IMG/VR virus record: IMGVR_UViG_3300025030_000067
Location: 26,535-90,534 of that record
Source of the DNA: a virus
Direction: 5' to 3' (one strand)
DNA length: 64,000 nucleotides
Shown here one piece after another: positions 9,288 to 18,354 of the stretch. How positions within the stretch are numbered: position 1 is the stretch's first letter; every line of letters starts with the position of its first letter. The translations under genes and the position numbers were made by a program. The notes below the pieces were generated by a model, which searched no databases, was not told the DNA's origin, and worked only from the letters and a program-made list of their open reading frames with translations.

Positions 9288-10195
9288 TAGTAACGGATCC
9301 CGGCTCTAGCTTTGAGTAGGCCCATCTTCTTGACCTCTGCCATCTTGGAGTAGTAGTGCGGATCCTCGTCGAGATGTACCAATACGATTTTGGCGATCTT
9401 GGTCTCATCATGGTCCACAACGTCGGCATGCTCTTGCTCGTCGAACATGCCGTCACAGAATTCGTCCAGGTTGTACCGTTTCCAGTCAATGCCCATGCTG
9501 TCGCCCAACTGCTTACACATAGCTTCACCGGACTTTTTAAGTTCCTGCGGCATTCCTCGCCTTGCGGCAGCCAGCAGGTCTTCTGCCGTCAGAGGACGTC
9601 CGGCCTTCACCGATGCCTCGTCAATGGCTCGCTGGGCTCTGTCTCGGAGTTCGTCTTCTCTGAAAAGCCGTCCCGGACCTGTTTTGATGCCGTTGTCGGA
9701 TTCTGTAGGCGGAATATACTGGTTCCCACTCTGCAACTTTTTACCCTTCATGCTGGTCAGTGCTTCTTTGAATTCACCGAACGGCCAGATACTCATGCTG
9801 CCAAAGAACCGTGGCTCGCTGTAGGATGCGTGGAAGGCCCGGACAGCTTCTCCAGGCGTGTTCAGGCCGACGAAACACTTGTCTTCGTCGTACTCAGTGA
9901 AATCCGGGGCTCTGGTTGTATGGACTACATAGACCTCGGAATTTGCGGAGGGATCTGGCCCAACAAAGACGTCTACTGCATCTCCGTCTGTGGCCAGCGT
10001 GCCTCTTATGTAACCGTATGGTAGCGACATTCTGCTCATGCCCTGGCTGCCGTCCTGCGGATTGTGCCATTCGCGACATCGGCTGCGTCCGGTCTCGATG
10101 CTGATCGGGAGACCATTGAAGTTGACCCTGCCATGGAGCTGGCGGGATTTGATCAGTGATGGTAGGTGCTTGATACTTTTTTTGTCTTCTATCAT
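9287..10195 (-). CDS. Polyvalent-protein-type inorganic pyrophosphatase domain plus C-terminal DUF5661-like domain
   Basis: GLPISIE...YGYIRGT..TDGDAVDVFVG...YDEDKCFVG; C-terminal EQEH...IAKIVLVHLDEDPHYYSKM. Confidence 0.7.
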   Translation of the reverse strand: MIEDKKSIKHLPSLIKSRQLHGRVNFNGLPISIETGRSRCREWHNPQDGSQGMSRMSLPYGYIRGTLATDGDAVDVFVGPDPSANSEVYVVHTTRAPDFTEYDEDKCFVGLNTPGEAVRAFHASYSEPRFFGSMSIWPFGEFKEALTSMKGKKLQSGNQYIPPTESDNGIKTGPGRLFREDELRDRAQRAIDEASVKAGRPLTAEDLLAAARRGMPQELKKSGEAMCKQLGDSMGIDWKRYNLDEFCDGMFDEQEHADVVDHDETKIAKIVLVHLDEDPHYYSKMAEVKKMGLLKARAGIRY

Positions 10196-10593
10196 GCGAT
10201 GTCTCCGCTTACCTTGCTGTAAAGTTCCCCTGGCGATACCTGTCTTGGGCTTAAGCCCATTGCTGCGGCTGCCAGCTCAGAGCAGTACCAGCGACTGGGG
10301 TCGTCGAATCCAAGCGTAATAAGTCCAAGGATTCCCAGCCAGTCGTAACCCTTGCCGACTTGATTGAGAAGCCATGGCGCATCTTTCTGTAATTCAACTT
10401 CAACCACATCCCAGTTGTCCCGGTTAAAAGTCGTTACTGGAGCGGTTCGGACTTTTCCTGACCAGGCGTCGGCGGCACAGGCTATCCCACCCACTACAAT
10501 CTCGACGTGGCTGTACCGGCTTTTCGTCCACCACCTGATCACCTTGTCAAAAAACTTGCCCGGAGCTTTATAAAACCAGAGCTGTGCTTCCAT
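10192..10593 (-). CDS. Permuted papain-like amidase (YiiX/YaeF-like)
   Basis: SRYSHVEI...GKGYDWLG...WYCSELAA. Confidence 0.65.
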   Translation of the reverse strand: MEAQLWFYKAPGKFFDKVIRWWTKSRYSHVEIVVGGIACAADAWSGKVRTAPVTTFNRDNWDVVEVELQKDAPWLLNQVGKGYDWLGILGLITLGFDDPSRWYCSELAAAAMGLSPRQVSPGELYSKVSGDIA

Positions 10594-10700
10594 GCGTCGC
10601 CTCCGTTATTTTCAGTCCCAGCATCCAACAGGGAAATGTTCGGGGCAGCAAAAGAAATCCTTGCAGCCTCGGCATTGTTCTCCGAAGCATGGGTTCTCAC

Positions 10701-11111
10701 TTACTTCGGTTGTCTCTTCCGTATCGCGTACCAATATTTTAATTCTCCGCTTTCCAATACGTTAATTCCCTGCCACAGCTTGTTCGGGTTTGGGTCGTGG
10801 ACCACTACGCCATTCTGGTCGATGATTATCGCGTGAGTGGCGTTCTCAAACGTCTTGCTTGCCACGCAGGCCTCGAAGTAACCGTCTACGCTGTCTGTCA
10901 GCTCCAACCGATCTTTGTCCGGCATTAAGCACCCGATGTATTCGTATCCCATGGCGTAGAGGAAGTACCAGTACACGTCAAACCAGCCGCGTTCCGGAAA
11001 CTTGCGGAAGTTCGGCACCTGGTCAATTTCGAGATCAAATAAGCTGGCAACTACCGCTCGCTGGCAGTCTCCGGTACCAACGCAGACGATTGTCTGGTAT
11101 ATGGGTGTCAT
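10701..11111 (-). CDS. Hypothetical protein, possible papain-like fold
   Basis: GDCQRAVVASL...HAIII...VVHDPNP. Confidence 0.45.
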   Translation of the reverse strand: MTPIYQTIVCVGTGDCQRAVVASLFDLEIDQVPNFRKFPERGWFDVYWYFLYAMGYEYIGCLMPDKDRLELTDSVDGYFEACVASKTFENATHAIIIDQNGVVVHDPNPNKLWQGINVLESGELKYWYAIRKRQPK

Positions 11112-11207
11112 TGTTTCTTTTCTCCTGGGCAATTATTGCATCCGAGTCCGCAGGATCCGTCGCAACGCTTCTCTTTTGTAACTGGGCACCGAAAGCAGGT
11201 TGCCATG

Positions 11208-14200
11208 CTATGCCTCCAACTGTTTAATGTGGCGTTCGAGCATGGCGCCGACTTCTGCCGAGCCTTGCTTGCCGAGCCGTTCATGACCTTTGTATTTAAG
11301 GATGTTTTTAGCTGTTTTGGCGTATTTTTCGGGGGTCGAATAATCCGGGTGGTCGGTGTTTATCCCCATGCCGCCGCGACCTTTTTTATCGTGCCGCTCG
11401 AATGCGTCGTGAAGTTCCTTGACCATCTCATGGTGAGGTTGCCCTTTTTGCGCGACATTCGCTGTTGCTCCGGATGCTGTGGTGCGAGTGTATGCAGCAT
11501 GATCGGAGTGCTGTGACTTGCGTAAGATATGCGCTACAGAGAGGGCACAACTTTTCCTGACTGGCTCCTGTACTGTTTTGGGGCTTCCGTCGCCCTTTGG
11601 TCGTTTCGACTTGATCAGGTACATTTCACGTCTCCTTCCCTTAAATAACCTCACTTGCAGTAGTCCTGAGTGATCACCCGGGAGATGATCGGCCATGGGC
11701 TCTTTGTTTTCTTTGGCCGGCATGTTTTCTTCTTTCCATTTTTCCCAATGGGTGTGGGCTCCGTGGACCTCTTCTTCTGCATCGAGTATCCGCTGCTTGG
11801 TGTGATCATCCAGTGTGCCCCAGTGGGGGAGGTGGGCGAACCGTTCCTGTCGCAGTTTATGGAGCTGGTGGCTGCTCTCGGTACGTGCCAGCTTGATTGC
11901 GTAACGCTTCACTCGGCTGTCTTCGTGGGCATCGATGTGTGCAAGTGCCCCGGATGCAGTCGTGCGGTCGTAGGCTGTGACGTGCGATTTCAGGAGCCGA
12001 ACGGCTGCGGTTTCGCTGCTGACTCGTCCTTGCCTGCCTGCTCTCGTTTGTTCTTGGGTTTCTTCTTTTTGGACTTTGCAGCTGCAGCTTTCTTCTTGTC
12101 CGCAACATCCATTGTGTCCGCATCCGCAAGAGCTTTTTTCAAGAGTTCCGACTTCTTCTTGTACTTTTCCTCGTCGCTTAATTCCGCCATTGCTTCCTCC
12201 GTGCGATTTTATCAGGTGTGTTAAGGCTGGCCGCTGTAATGACTTTTTCACACCATCATCGGAACTATTCACCTTGTCAAGAGCCTGCTTTACGACCTGC
12301 TCTTTGTTCTTTGGCTCCGCTGGTCCCGAGAACATGTCCACCTCGGGGTTTTCCCGGCTGGCAACCTCGTTTTTGATGCCGTTGCTGATGGCTCGGAAGA
12401 CGTTTTCCAACCTGTTGCGAGATCCGGCTCGGTCGCTGATCGCCAGTATCATGTCAACGGAGTGATCAGTTTTGAACTTCGGGGTGTCTCCGGTGAAGTC
12501 CAGCGAGCCAGCGTTTTTAAGAGTGTGCTCCAGCTCTGCCTTACTCTGGTTCTGGTGTGCCAGTGTGTACTCGATCGCTTCCATCATGTCCGGCACCACG
12601 TCCAGGTCGTCATGGCCTTTGATCTGGGCGAAGTCGCCGACGCACCCGTTCAGCGCCTTGAGTATGTTCCTGATCTTCGGCTTGGCGCTCTCGGCTTGCA
12701 GCTCGGTCAGCATGGAGCTGCCGTATACTTTCGTGAAGACCGCGTTCTGGATCCGCTCGATGCATTTCTTGTTCGGGTCGCCGTCAGCATCGCGCAGGCC
12801 GGCTGATTCGTTCTTGCCCAGCTTGTCGAGGAATCCATTGATGAAGTCCATATTTTCGTCGTTGTAGATTTCACCGTCTTCGTCGACCGCGAACTTCTTG
12901 AGCAGGCTGTCGTCGATTCTGGCCGAGTCATTCCATGCCTGTTCTGCTGGCGAAGAGCCGAGGTTGCCGGTGTCGTTGGCTTCTCTGGCAAACTCTGCCC
13001 GGTCGGTATTTTTGTCGTCATCGCTGCGGACTCTGACCAGTACCGGGTTTTTCATCTTCTCGACATCTTCCGGCTTTATGCCGAACGTGTCCGCTTCGCC
13101 TTTCAGCCATTCCTTGTAGTGATCCGCCAGTCCGCGCTTGTACGCTTCCGTCAGGGCGATGGTGCGACCATTGCCGCTTTCGACAGCTCCATCCTTGCCG
13201 ACGATTGGAGCGCCATGAGCAGCCATTGAACCGGCACCGAAAAGTTCCGGCTTGATATCGTTCATCATGTTTGCCATTTGCATCTGGCTCGATAGGCGTT
13301 CCCGTTCTCGGGGCTGTATCTCTTGAGGGTAAGCTCTGTTGATATGTCCCTGGATGGTGTGGGAGGTCGTCAAGTCGTCGGATTCCACCAGCGCATACTT
13401 ACTGCTGACCTCGTTCATCTTGGCCGTGTAGGCTTTGTTCTCTTTGCCCATGACGAACTTAGGCTCTTTCTTGCCGGTGTCCACGCTCTGGACTTCCTTC
13501 TTGCCCTGGAGGCTGGATATCTGCTCTTTGTCCTTGCTCGGGTCGCCACCGGCGAAGTGTACCGTGTGGCCGTCGCTATCCTTCGACATGATTATGGAGT
13601 GGCCGTCTTTCTCGTATTTCGTCGCGGTGCTGTCGCGATCGACCTGGTGACCGTAGTGCTTCAACAGCTTCTCGCGGTAGTCGTCAATGGCCGCCGTGTA
13701 GGTGTTGCTCCGGCTGGTGTTTATGTTCTTGAGTACTGAGACTGGGTCGTCGCTGGCTGCTGCGGCTTCGCGCATCTTCTTCATGCCGCGTTCGGCTGTC
13801 TGTAGAGCTCCGTTCTCCCGGTTCTTCGCCTTGATCTCTTCATGCTCCGGCATGTCTTCTTTTTTGCCGCCCTTGTGCCCTTCGATTGGCTTCACCTGAT
13901 GGACTTCGCGCTCTTTCCAGCCTCGGCTCTTGAGGTGTTCGGCCAGCTGATCGCCGTGTTTCAGTTTGGCTCCCGAGTGTATCTCTTCTCCATGCTCATT
14001 TTGGTGCTTGAGCACGTCCTGGTGCTTCTTGACACGTTTGTCGTCGTGCTCTTGCACTACCGAGCCGTCCTGCCTGGTATATTGCTTTACGTGGGACTTG
14101 ATCAGCATGGACCGATCCATGAGATTGTCGGCTCTCAGGCTCTTGGTGAATATGTCGATATCCATCAGCGCCTGTTCCCAATTATTGAACCGGATGGCCC

Positions 14201-15710
14201 GGTCGTCGAGATACACGTCCGCGATTGGCTTTCCGTCGTTGCTGTCTTCTGGTTGATCGGTTTTTTTGTTGATCTCGTCATATGGGATGTCGTTAAATCC
14301 GAGATAGCCTCGCAGTGCCGGTGTTTCCTGCCGAGTGGTGAAAATGATGATTTTCCATCCCGCTTGCTTAAGTGCCTGCATGGCTGCCGAGACTTGCGGC
14401 AACGGTTCTCCGAACGTCTCGGCCCCTTGCCATCCCTGCGAGTAATCGGCAATTACTCCGTCGAAGTCCACACAGATGGTCTTCTGGTGGATGCTTGCCG
14501 ACTTTCTGAGCGTGGTCTCTTCCCGCAGGCTTTTGAGGAAGCCGAGCAGCTCCTTGGCTCCCTTGGTCCTGGCTAGTCGTACCAGCGCCGTTTGCATATG
14601 CGACTTGACCGCCGCTGCGTCCCATCTGTCTACTGCTTCTGATCGAACACCTGTCCGGTTGAGCGCTGCCGCGATATCCTGTTCTTTGTATCCGTGGTCG
14701 AACCGACCAAGGCCGAATTTCATTTTGATTATGGCGGATGCAATCGGGTCGTCGAGTGCGTCCAGCTGCTCTGCGATACCGTTTGCGAGTCCTTCTTGTT
14801 TAGCTGCGTTCGATTCGTTGGCTGGTCCTACTGCGGCTTTTGCTGCGATATCGCGCATGCCTGTTTCGTAATCGTCTTCACCCTGGGTGTCGTATGACTG
14901 TTCTTCCTTCAGTCGGTCGTTGTTGGTGATCAGGTGGCGCATGGCCGCCGTCTTGCCGGTACGGGCTATCGTTTTGGCGACGTTGCTCTCTGATGCGGTG
15001 CCGGCCAGATAATTCTTGAACTCCTGTATGTCGGCATCGCTGGCGTTGGTTCCGGATGTTCTCAGGGCTCCGATCGCCGCCGTGATGTATTCGCTGTACA
15101 GTTCGTTCGCTGCCGGGTCATCGTTGTGGAGCACTCCGTTGGCGACAACGTAGTTCGGGTTATATCCGTTTCTGCTGGCCAGGTGTTTGAGCGTCCCTTT
15201 CATTCTGTCAACTATGGCCGGGTGCTGCAATATCTCCGCCTCTGGCATGCCAATGCGTTCCATCCCGACCAGCGCCCTGCGTGTGCTTTCCTCTGCCGTC
15301 ACACGGCCACCTGTGCCCTTTGGTGCTTTCTCCGCCGTATGCTCTTCTTCTGTCCAGATGTGGTCTCGGCTAATATCTTTTATATGCGGAGGGTTTAGTG
15401 TGTATCCTTCGCGTACTGGTTTAACTTCGTATCCGGTCTCGTGGCTGCCACCGACGATATGTCCGCGCTTTTTGCGGTTCATCTCCGGGGTGCGGTAGTA
15501 GATCTTTTCGCCATGTTTCGGCTCGGAGCTTTCTTTGCCTCGTACCTTCACCTTGCGTTGGTGTTCTGCGACTTGTGCGATGGCCCCTGACGCGAGGTGT
15601 CGTGTGCCTGCGTGTACCGTATGGACTTCTTCATGCTTGGGCGGCTGGTAGTCGAACAGGCTCATTTGTGATTTTCTGAGGTAGAAGAATTGCGTGATGT
15701 GTTTGATCAT
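11208..15710 (-). CDS. Large polyvalent internal-head protein (sigma region-4-like, HAD phosphatase and DdrB-like ParB domains)
   Basis: GGAGG before MIKHITQ (ATG 15710); IIKMKFGLG...EQDIAAAL (sigma-4-like HTH); ICVDFDGVI...YLDDRA (HAD); YPQEIQPRER...GAPIVGKDGAVESGNGRTIAL (DdrB-ParB). Confidence 0.75.
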   Translation of the reverse strand: MIKHITQFFYLRKSQMSLFDYQPPKHEEVHTVHAGTRHLASGAIAQVAEHQRKVKVRGKESSEPKHGEKIYYRTPEMNRKKRGHIVGGSHETGYEVKPVREGYTLNPPHIKDISRDHIWTEEEHTAEKAPKGTGGRVTAEESTRRALVGMERIGMPEAEILQHPAIVDRMKGTLKHLASRNGYNPNYVVANGVLHNDDPAANELYSEYITAAIGALRTSGTNASDADIQEFKNYLAGTASESNVAKTIARTGKTAAMRHLITNNDRLKEEQSYDTQGEDDYETGMRDIAAKAAVGPANESNAAKQEGLANGIAEQLDALDDPIASAIIKMKFGLGRFDHGYKEQDIAAALNRTGVRSEAVDRWDAAAVKSHMQTALVRLARTKGAKELLGFLKSLREETTLRKSASIHQKTICVDFDGVIADYSQGWQGAETFGEPLPQVSAAMQALKQAGWKIIIFTTRQETPALRGYLGFNDIPYDEINKKTDQPEDSNDGKPIADVYLDDRAIRFNNWEQALMDIDIFTKSLRADNLMDRSMLIKSHVKQYTRQDGSVVQEHDDKRVKKHQDVLKHQNEHGEEIHSGAKLKHGDQLAEHLKSRGWKEREVHQVKPIEGHKGGKKEDMPEHEEIKAKNRENGALQTAERGMKKMREAAAASDDPVSVLKNINTSRSNTYTAAIDDYREKLLKHYGHQVDRDSTATKYEKDGHSIIMSKDSDGHTVHFAGGDPSKDKEQISSLQGKKEVQSVDTGKKEPKFVMGKENKAYTAKMNEVSSKYALVESDDLTTSHTIQGHINRAYPQEIQPRERERLSSQMQMANMMNDIKPELFGAGSMAAHGAPIVGKDGAVESGNGRTIALTEAYKRGLADHYKEWLKGEADTFGIKPEDVEKMKNPVLVRVRSDDDKNTDRAEFAREANDTGNLGSSPAEQAWNDSARIDDSLLKKFAVDEDGEIYNDENMDFINGFLDKLGKNESAGLRDADGDPNKKCIERIQNAVFTKVYGSSMLTELQAESAKPKIRNILKALNGCVGDFAQIKGHDDLDVVPDMMEAIEYTLAHQNQSKAELEHTLKNAGSLDFTGDTPKFKTDHSVDMILAISDRAGSRNRLENVFRAISNGIKNEVASRENPEVDMFSGPAEPKNKEQVVKQALDKVNSSDDGVKKSLQRPALTHLIKSHGGSNGGIKRRGKVQEEVGTLEKSSCGCGHNGCCGQEESCSCKVQKEETQEQTRAGRQGRVSSETAAVRLLKSHVTAYDRTTASGALAHIDAHEDSRVKRYAIKLARTESSHQLHKLRQERFAHLPHWGTLDDHTKQRILDAEEEVHGAHTHWEKWKEENMPAKENKEPMADHLPGDHSGLLQVRLFKGRRREMYLIKSKRPKGDGSPKTVQEPVRKSCALSVAHILRKSQHSDHAAYTRTTASGATANVAQKGQPHHEMVKELHDAFERHDKKGRGGMGINTDHPDYSTPEKYAKTAKNILKYKGHERLGKQGSAEVGAMLERHIKQLEA
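11990..12190 (-). CDS. Candidate nested, out-of-frame Lys-rich small protein
   Basis: GGAGG-5nt-ATG inside the polyprotein ORF; 66 aa, contains LLKKA. Confidence 0.4.
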   Translation of the reverse strand: MAELSDEEKYKKKSELLKKALADADTMDVADKKKAAAAKSKKKKPKNKREQAGKDESAAKPQPFGS

Positions 15711-15738
15711 CCTTGCCTCCACTGTGGTCGTAGCAATA

Positions 15739-15767
15739 ATACTATGCTATGCTGTGGCGTATATCAA
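15739..15767 (-). promoter_or_regulatory. Sigma70-type promoter for the polyprotein, containing the dispersed motif
   Basis: TTGATA-tacgccacagcatagca (17 nt)-TAGTAT. Confidence 0.65.
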
Positions 15768-15815
15768 ATTGTTTGCCGTATCATTTCAGGTTTAACCCTT
15801 TGGGTATGTGTATTC

Positions 15816-16174
15816 TGATGGTTCTTTGAAAACTGCATAGGGAAGATGATGGTCGGAGCGGTATCTACGCGCAAAGAGTATATGTGACGAATCTGACGGT
15901 AGCTGGTCCCGAGAGGTGTAAAAACTCCAGCGGAAAACAGAATTGATCGAGAGCACAGCCACAAACTACATGATCAGGTGAAAGTCCGGTGGTAAGGGTA
16001 GATCTTGGGCAGTCCGGGTAAGGGTGGCGTTGAGGGTATGTGCTACATGGGGTATCGGGATGATCATCGGAGTCAGAAATGGAGGCCGACCAAGGCGACT
16101 TGGTTGGGTGCCCAACACTCATTGCGATGAGGGCTATGTGTAGCGATCCCTATGCAGTTTTGAATCAACCATCA
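15816..16174 (+). ncRNA. Candidate ~360-nt structured non-coding RNA
   Basis: Perfect 15-bp terminal inverted repeat (15829-15843/16147-16161) extended by TGATGGTT/AACCATCA; internal hairpins; no credible ORF; strand inferred from G-U pairs. Confidence 0.5.
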
Positions 16175-16193
16175 CAGGTAAACGGGGGCATTT

Positions 16194-16418
16194 GTGGCTA
16201 AATCAACGGTAAATATTGGCAAGCGAACGGCAGAACAGCAGTTCTATGCCGAGGCAGAAATTTTGGTATCGACTCCTGCTGGAGAGGGTGTCTTTTATGG
16301 CATGACTCATAGTCGCAATTCCTCACAGGAAGTTCTGGCGAAGGTCTGTTACGTCGATAGCATTGTGCTGGTCCCGCTTTCTGATGTGAAGATCGTACGG
16401 TCTGGAGGTGTCGCATGA
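16194..16418 (+). CDS. Hypothetical protein
   Basis: ORF coupled to the next gene (ATGA overlap). Confidence 0.45.
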   Translation: MAKSTVNIGKRTAEQQFYAEAEILVSTPAGEGVFYGMTHSRNSSQEVLAKVCYVDSIVLVPLSDVKIVRSGGVA

Positions 16419-16723
16419 AAGGCTTGCGTTGTTCGATCTACCAGAATCCATCTGGTAATTTTTCTGCTGGTGGCATCTCGTCGCGGGTTCGTCAGGTTAC
16501 TTTGGTTGGAGAAGACATCGATGGTGTCTTTGAACCGTCTGACGATGCGCCTGCCGTGCATCTCTGCAAGCGTCAGCTTACCGAAGATCGGGAACATGTC
16601 TTCGCAAAGCCGGTGGAGTTTGGTGCCTCGCATTCTATGATGGGCGGTTGTTTCATCTGGACGTCCGATGGCCGTTTCCCGGCAAACTATCCCATCCCTT
16701 TGCATGATCGCGTTGAGTCGTAA
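16415..16723 (+). CDS. Conserved-looking phage hypothetical protein
   Basis: GGAGG RBS; MMGGCFIWTSDGRF...IPLHDRVES. Confidence 0.55.
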   Translation: MKGLRCSIYQNPSGNFSAGGISSRVRQVTLVGEDIDGVFEPSDDAPAVHLCKRQLTEDREHVFAKPVEFGASHSMMGGCFIWTSDGRFPANYPIPLHDRVES

Positions 16724-16758
16724 TTGTACTGTAGCGCATATCTAATTTTGGAGGTTTT

Positions 16759-18354
16759 TTGATGTTGTCTAACAAAAGTTTCTATCCTACACCGGCTGCA
16801 CTCGTACAGAAGATGGTTTTCAAGATTAAGGGCCATCCGCGCAAGGTGTTGGAGCCGTCTGCCGGCAAAGGAGACCTGGCGGAAGGCGTTTCTTCCCGCT
16901 GGAAATACTCCGGCAGTCATGCCGCCGAACTGTCTGTGATCGAGATCAATCCGGACTTACAGGCGACCCTCCGGGGTAAGGGGCTCAGTCTGATCGACTC
17001 CGATTTTCTAGCCTACTCGGGTGCTGACCAGTTTGATCTGATCATCGCCAATCCTCCGTTCGACGACGGCGACAAGCACTTGCTCAAGGCTCTCGATATT
17101 ATGTATCGAGGCCAGATCATCTTCCTTCTAAACGCCGAGACGCTCCGTAATCCTCACACCAATGACCGCAAGCTGCTCGTGCGCCGACTGGAAGAGTCTG
17201 GAGCCGAGATTGAATTTATTCAGAATGCCTTTCTTGCTGCCGAGCGTAAGACCTCTGTTGAGGTTGCCCTGATAAACATCGTAATCGACCGCAAGGTTGA
17301 GGATGATCTGTTTGCTGGCTGCGACGATCACTCGGCTCGGGCTCATCAGACGGTTGCGGATAAGCATGAGGTGTCCACGGGCAAAACGATCGCCGAGCTG
17401 GTCCTTGAGTACGACGATATCATCCGGGTTGGCACTGACACCGTAGTCGGGTTCTATCGCAATTACCGGAAGGTTGGCCAGTATCTCTCGCTAAACGATT
17501 GTGGCAAAAACGACAAGTCATATTCTTCGGACGACCTCACCACTCTCATGCAAAACCAGGTCAATGCTCTTCTAAAATCTGTCCGCACCTGCTTCTGGCG
17601 TCGGACGTTGGAACTTAAAGACTTCAAGGCCAAGTTGACTGAGAAAAAACGCCGAGAGTTTGAGGATGCTCTGGTGTCGCATTGCCATATGGACTTCACC
17701 GAGTCGAATATCCGCCAGTTCATGCTTAACCTGGTCGGCTCTTACGAGCAGACGCTGACGGACGCCGTCCTGGACCTATTCGATATGTTCACCGTTCGGC
17801 ACTGCTACGAGCGGGGTGTTCACGAGAAAAATGTTCATATGTTCAACGGCTGGAAGACGAACAGCGCCTTCAAGGTTGGGCGCCGAGTAGTTATCCCGGT
17901 CCGGTCCGGCTATGGGTCTCCGTTCCTCGGGTACCGGGGCTGGGAGTTGAATTATTCCGCTGCCTCTTTCCTGGACGACGTTGACAAGGTCATGAATTAC
18001 TTTGATGGCGGTACTCCGTATCGCTCTCTTTCCAATGCCATCACGGGTTCCTTTGCCAATGGCGACAGTTCGGGGCAGTCCACCTATTTCAAATTCATTT
18101 GTCACAAGAAGGGCACCATCCATCTCACGTTCATAAGCGAGGACATCCTGCGGCGCTTCAACGTTGTTGCCTGTCGCGGCAAGGGCTGGCTGCCGGGTGA
18201 CTTCGGGGCGAAGGGCTACGGCCAGCTGTCGGCTCCCGAGCGTGCCGTGGTGGATTCGTTCGAGGGCGAGAAGTCCTACGATGCCAACCGTACCGTTGCT
18301 TTGTTCGGCGGATCCGCTCTGCCGCAGATAGAATTGTTTCAGGAGGCCGCATGA
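16759..18354 (+). CDS. SAM-dependent DNA methyltransferase with DUF4942-like C-terminus
   Basis: FYPTP, VLEPSAGKG, IIANPPF motifs; GWKTNSAFKVG; KKGTIHLTF. Confidence 0.8.
   Translation: MMLSNKSFYPTPAALVQKMVFKIKGHPRKVLEPSAGKGDLAEGVSSRWKYSGSHAAELSVIEINPDLQATLRGKGLSLIDSDFLAYSGADQFDLIIANPPFDDGDKHLLKALDIMYRGQIIFLLNAETLRNPHTNDRKLLVRRLEESGAEIEFIQNAFLAAERKTSVEVALINIVIDRKVEDDLFAGCDDHSARAHQTVADKHEVSTGKTIAELVLEYDDIIRVGTDTVVGFYRNYRKVGQYLSLNDCGKNDKSYSSDDLTTLMQNQVNALLKSVRTCFWRRTLELKDFKAKLTEKKRREFEDALVSHCHMDFTESNIRQFMLNLVGSYEQTLTDAVLDLFDMFTVRHCYERGVHEKNVHMFNGWKTNSAFKVGRRVVIPVRSGYGSPFLGYRGWELNYSAASFLDDVDKVMNYFDGGTPYRSLSNAITGSFANGDSSGQSTYFKFICHKKGTIHLTFISEDILRRFNVVACRGKGWLPGDFGAKGYGQLSAPERAVVDSFEGEKSYDANRTVALFGGSALPQIELFQEAA

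Noticed and set aside
15960-16000. RNase P or group II intron similarity suggested by GGTGAAAGTCC
   Set aside because: No other conserved elements (RNase P P4 partner, intron domain V, RT gene) are visible
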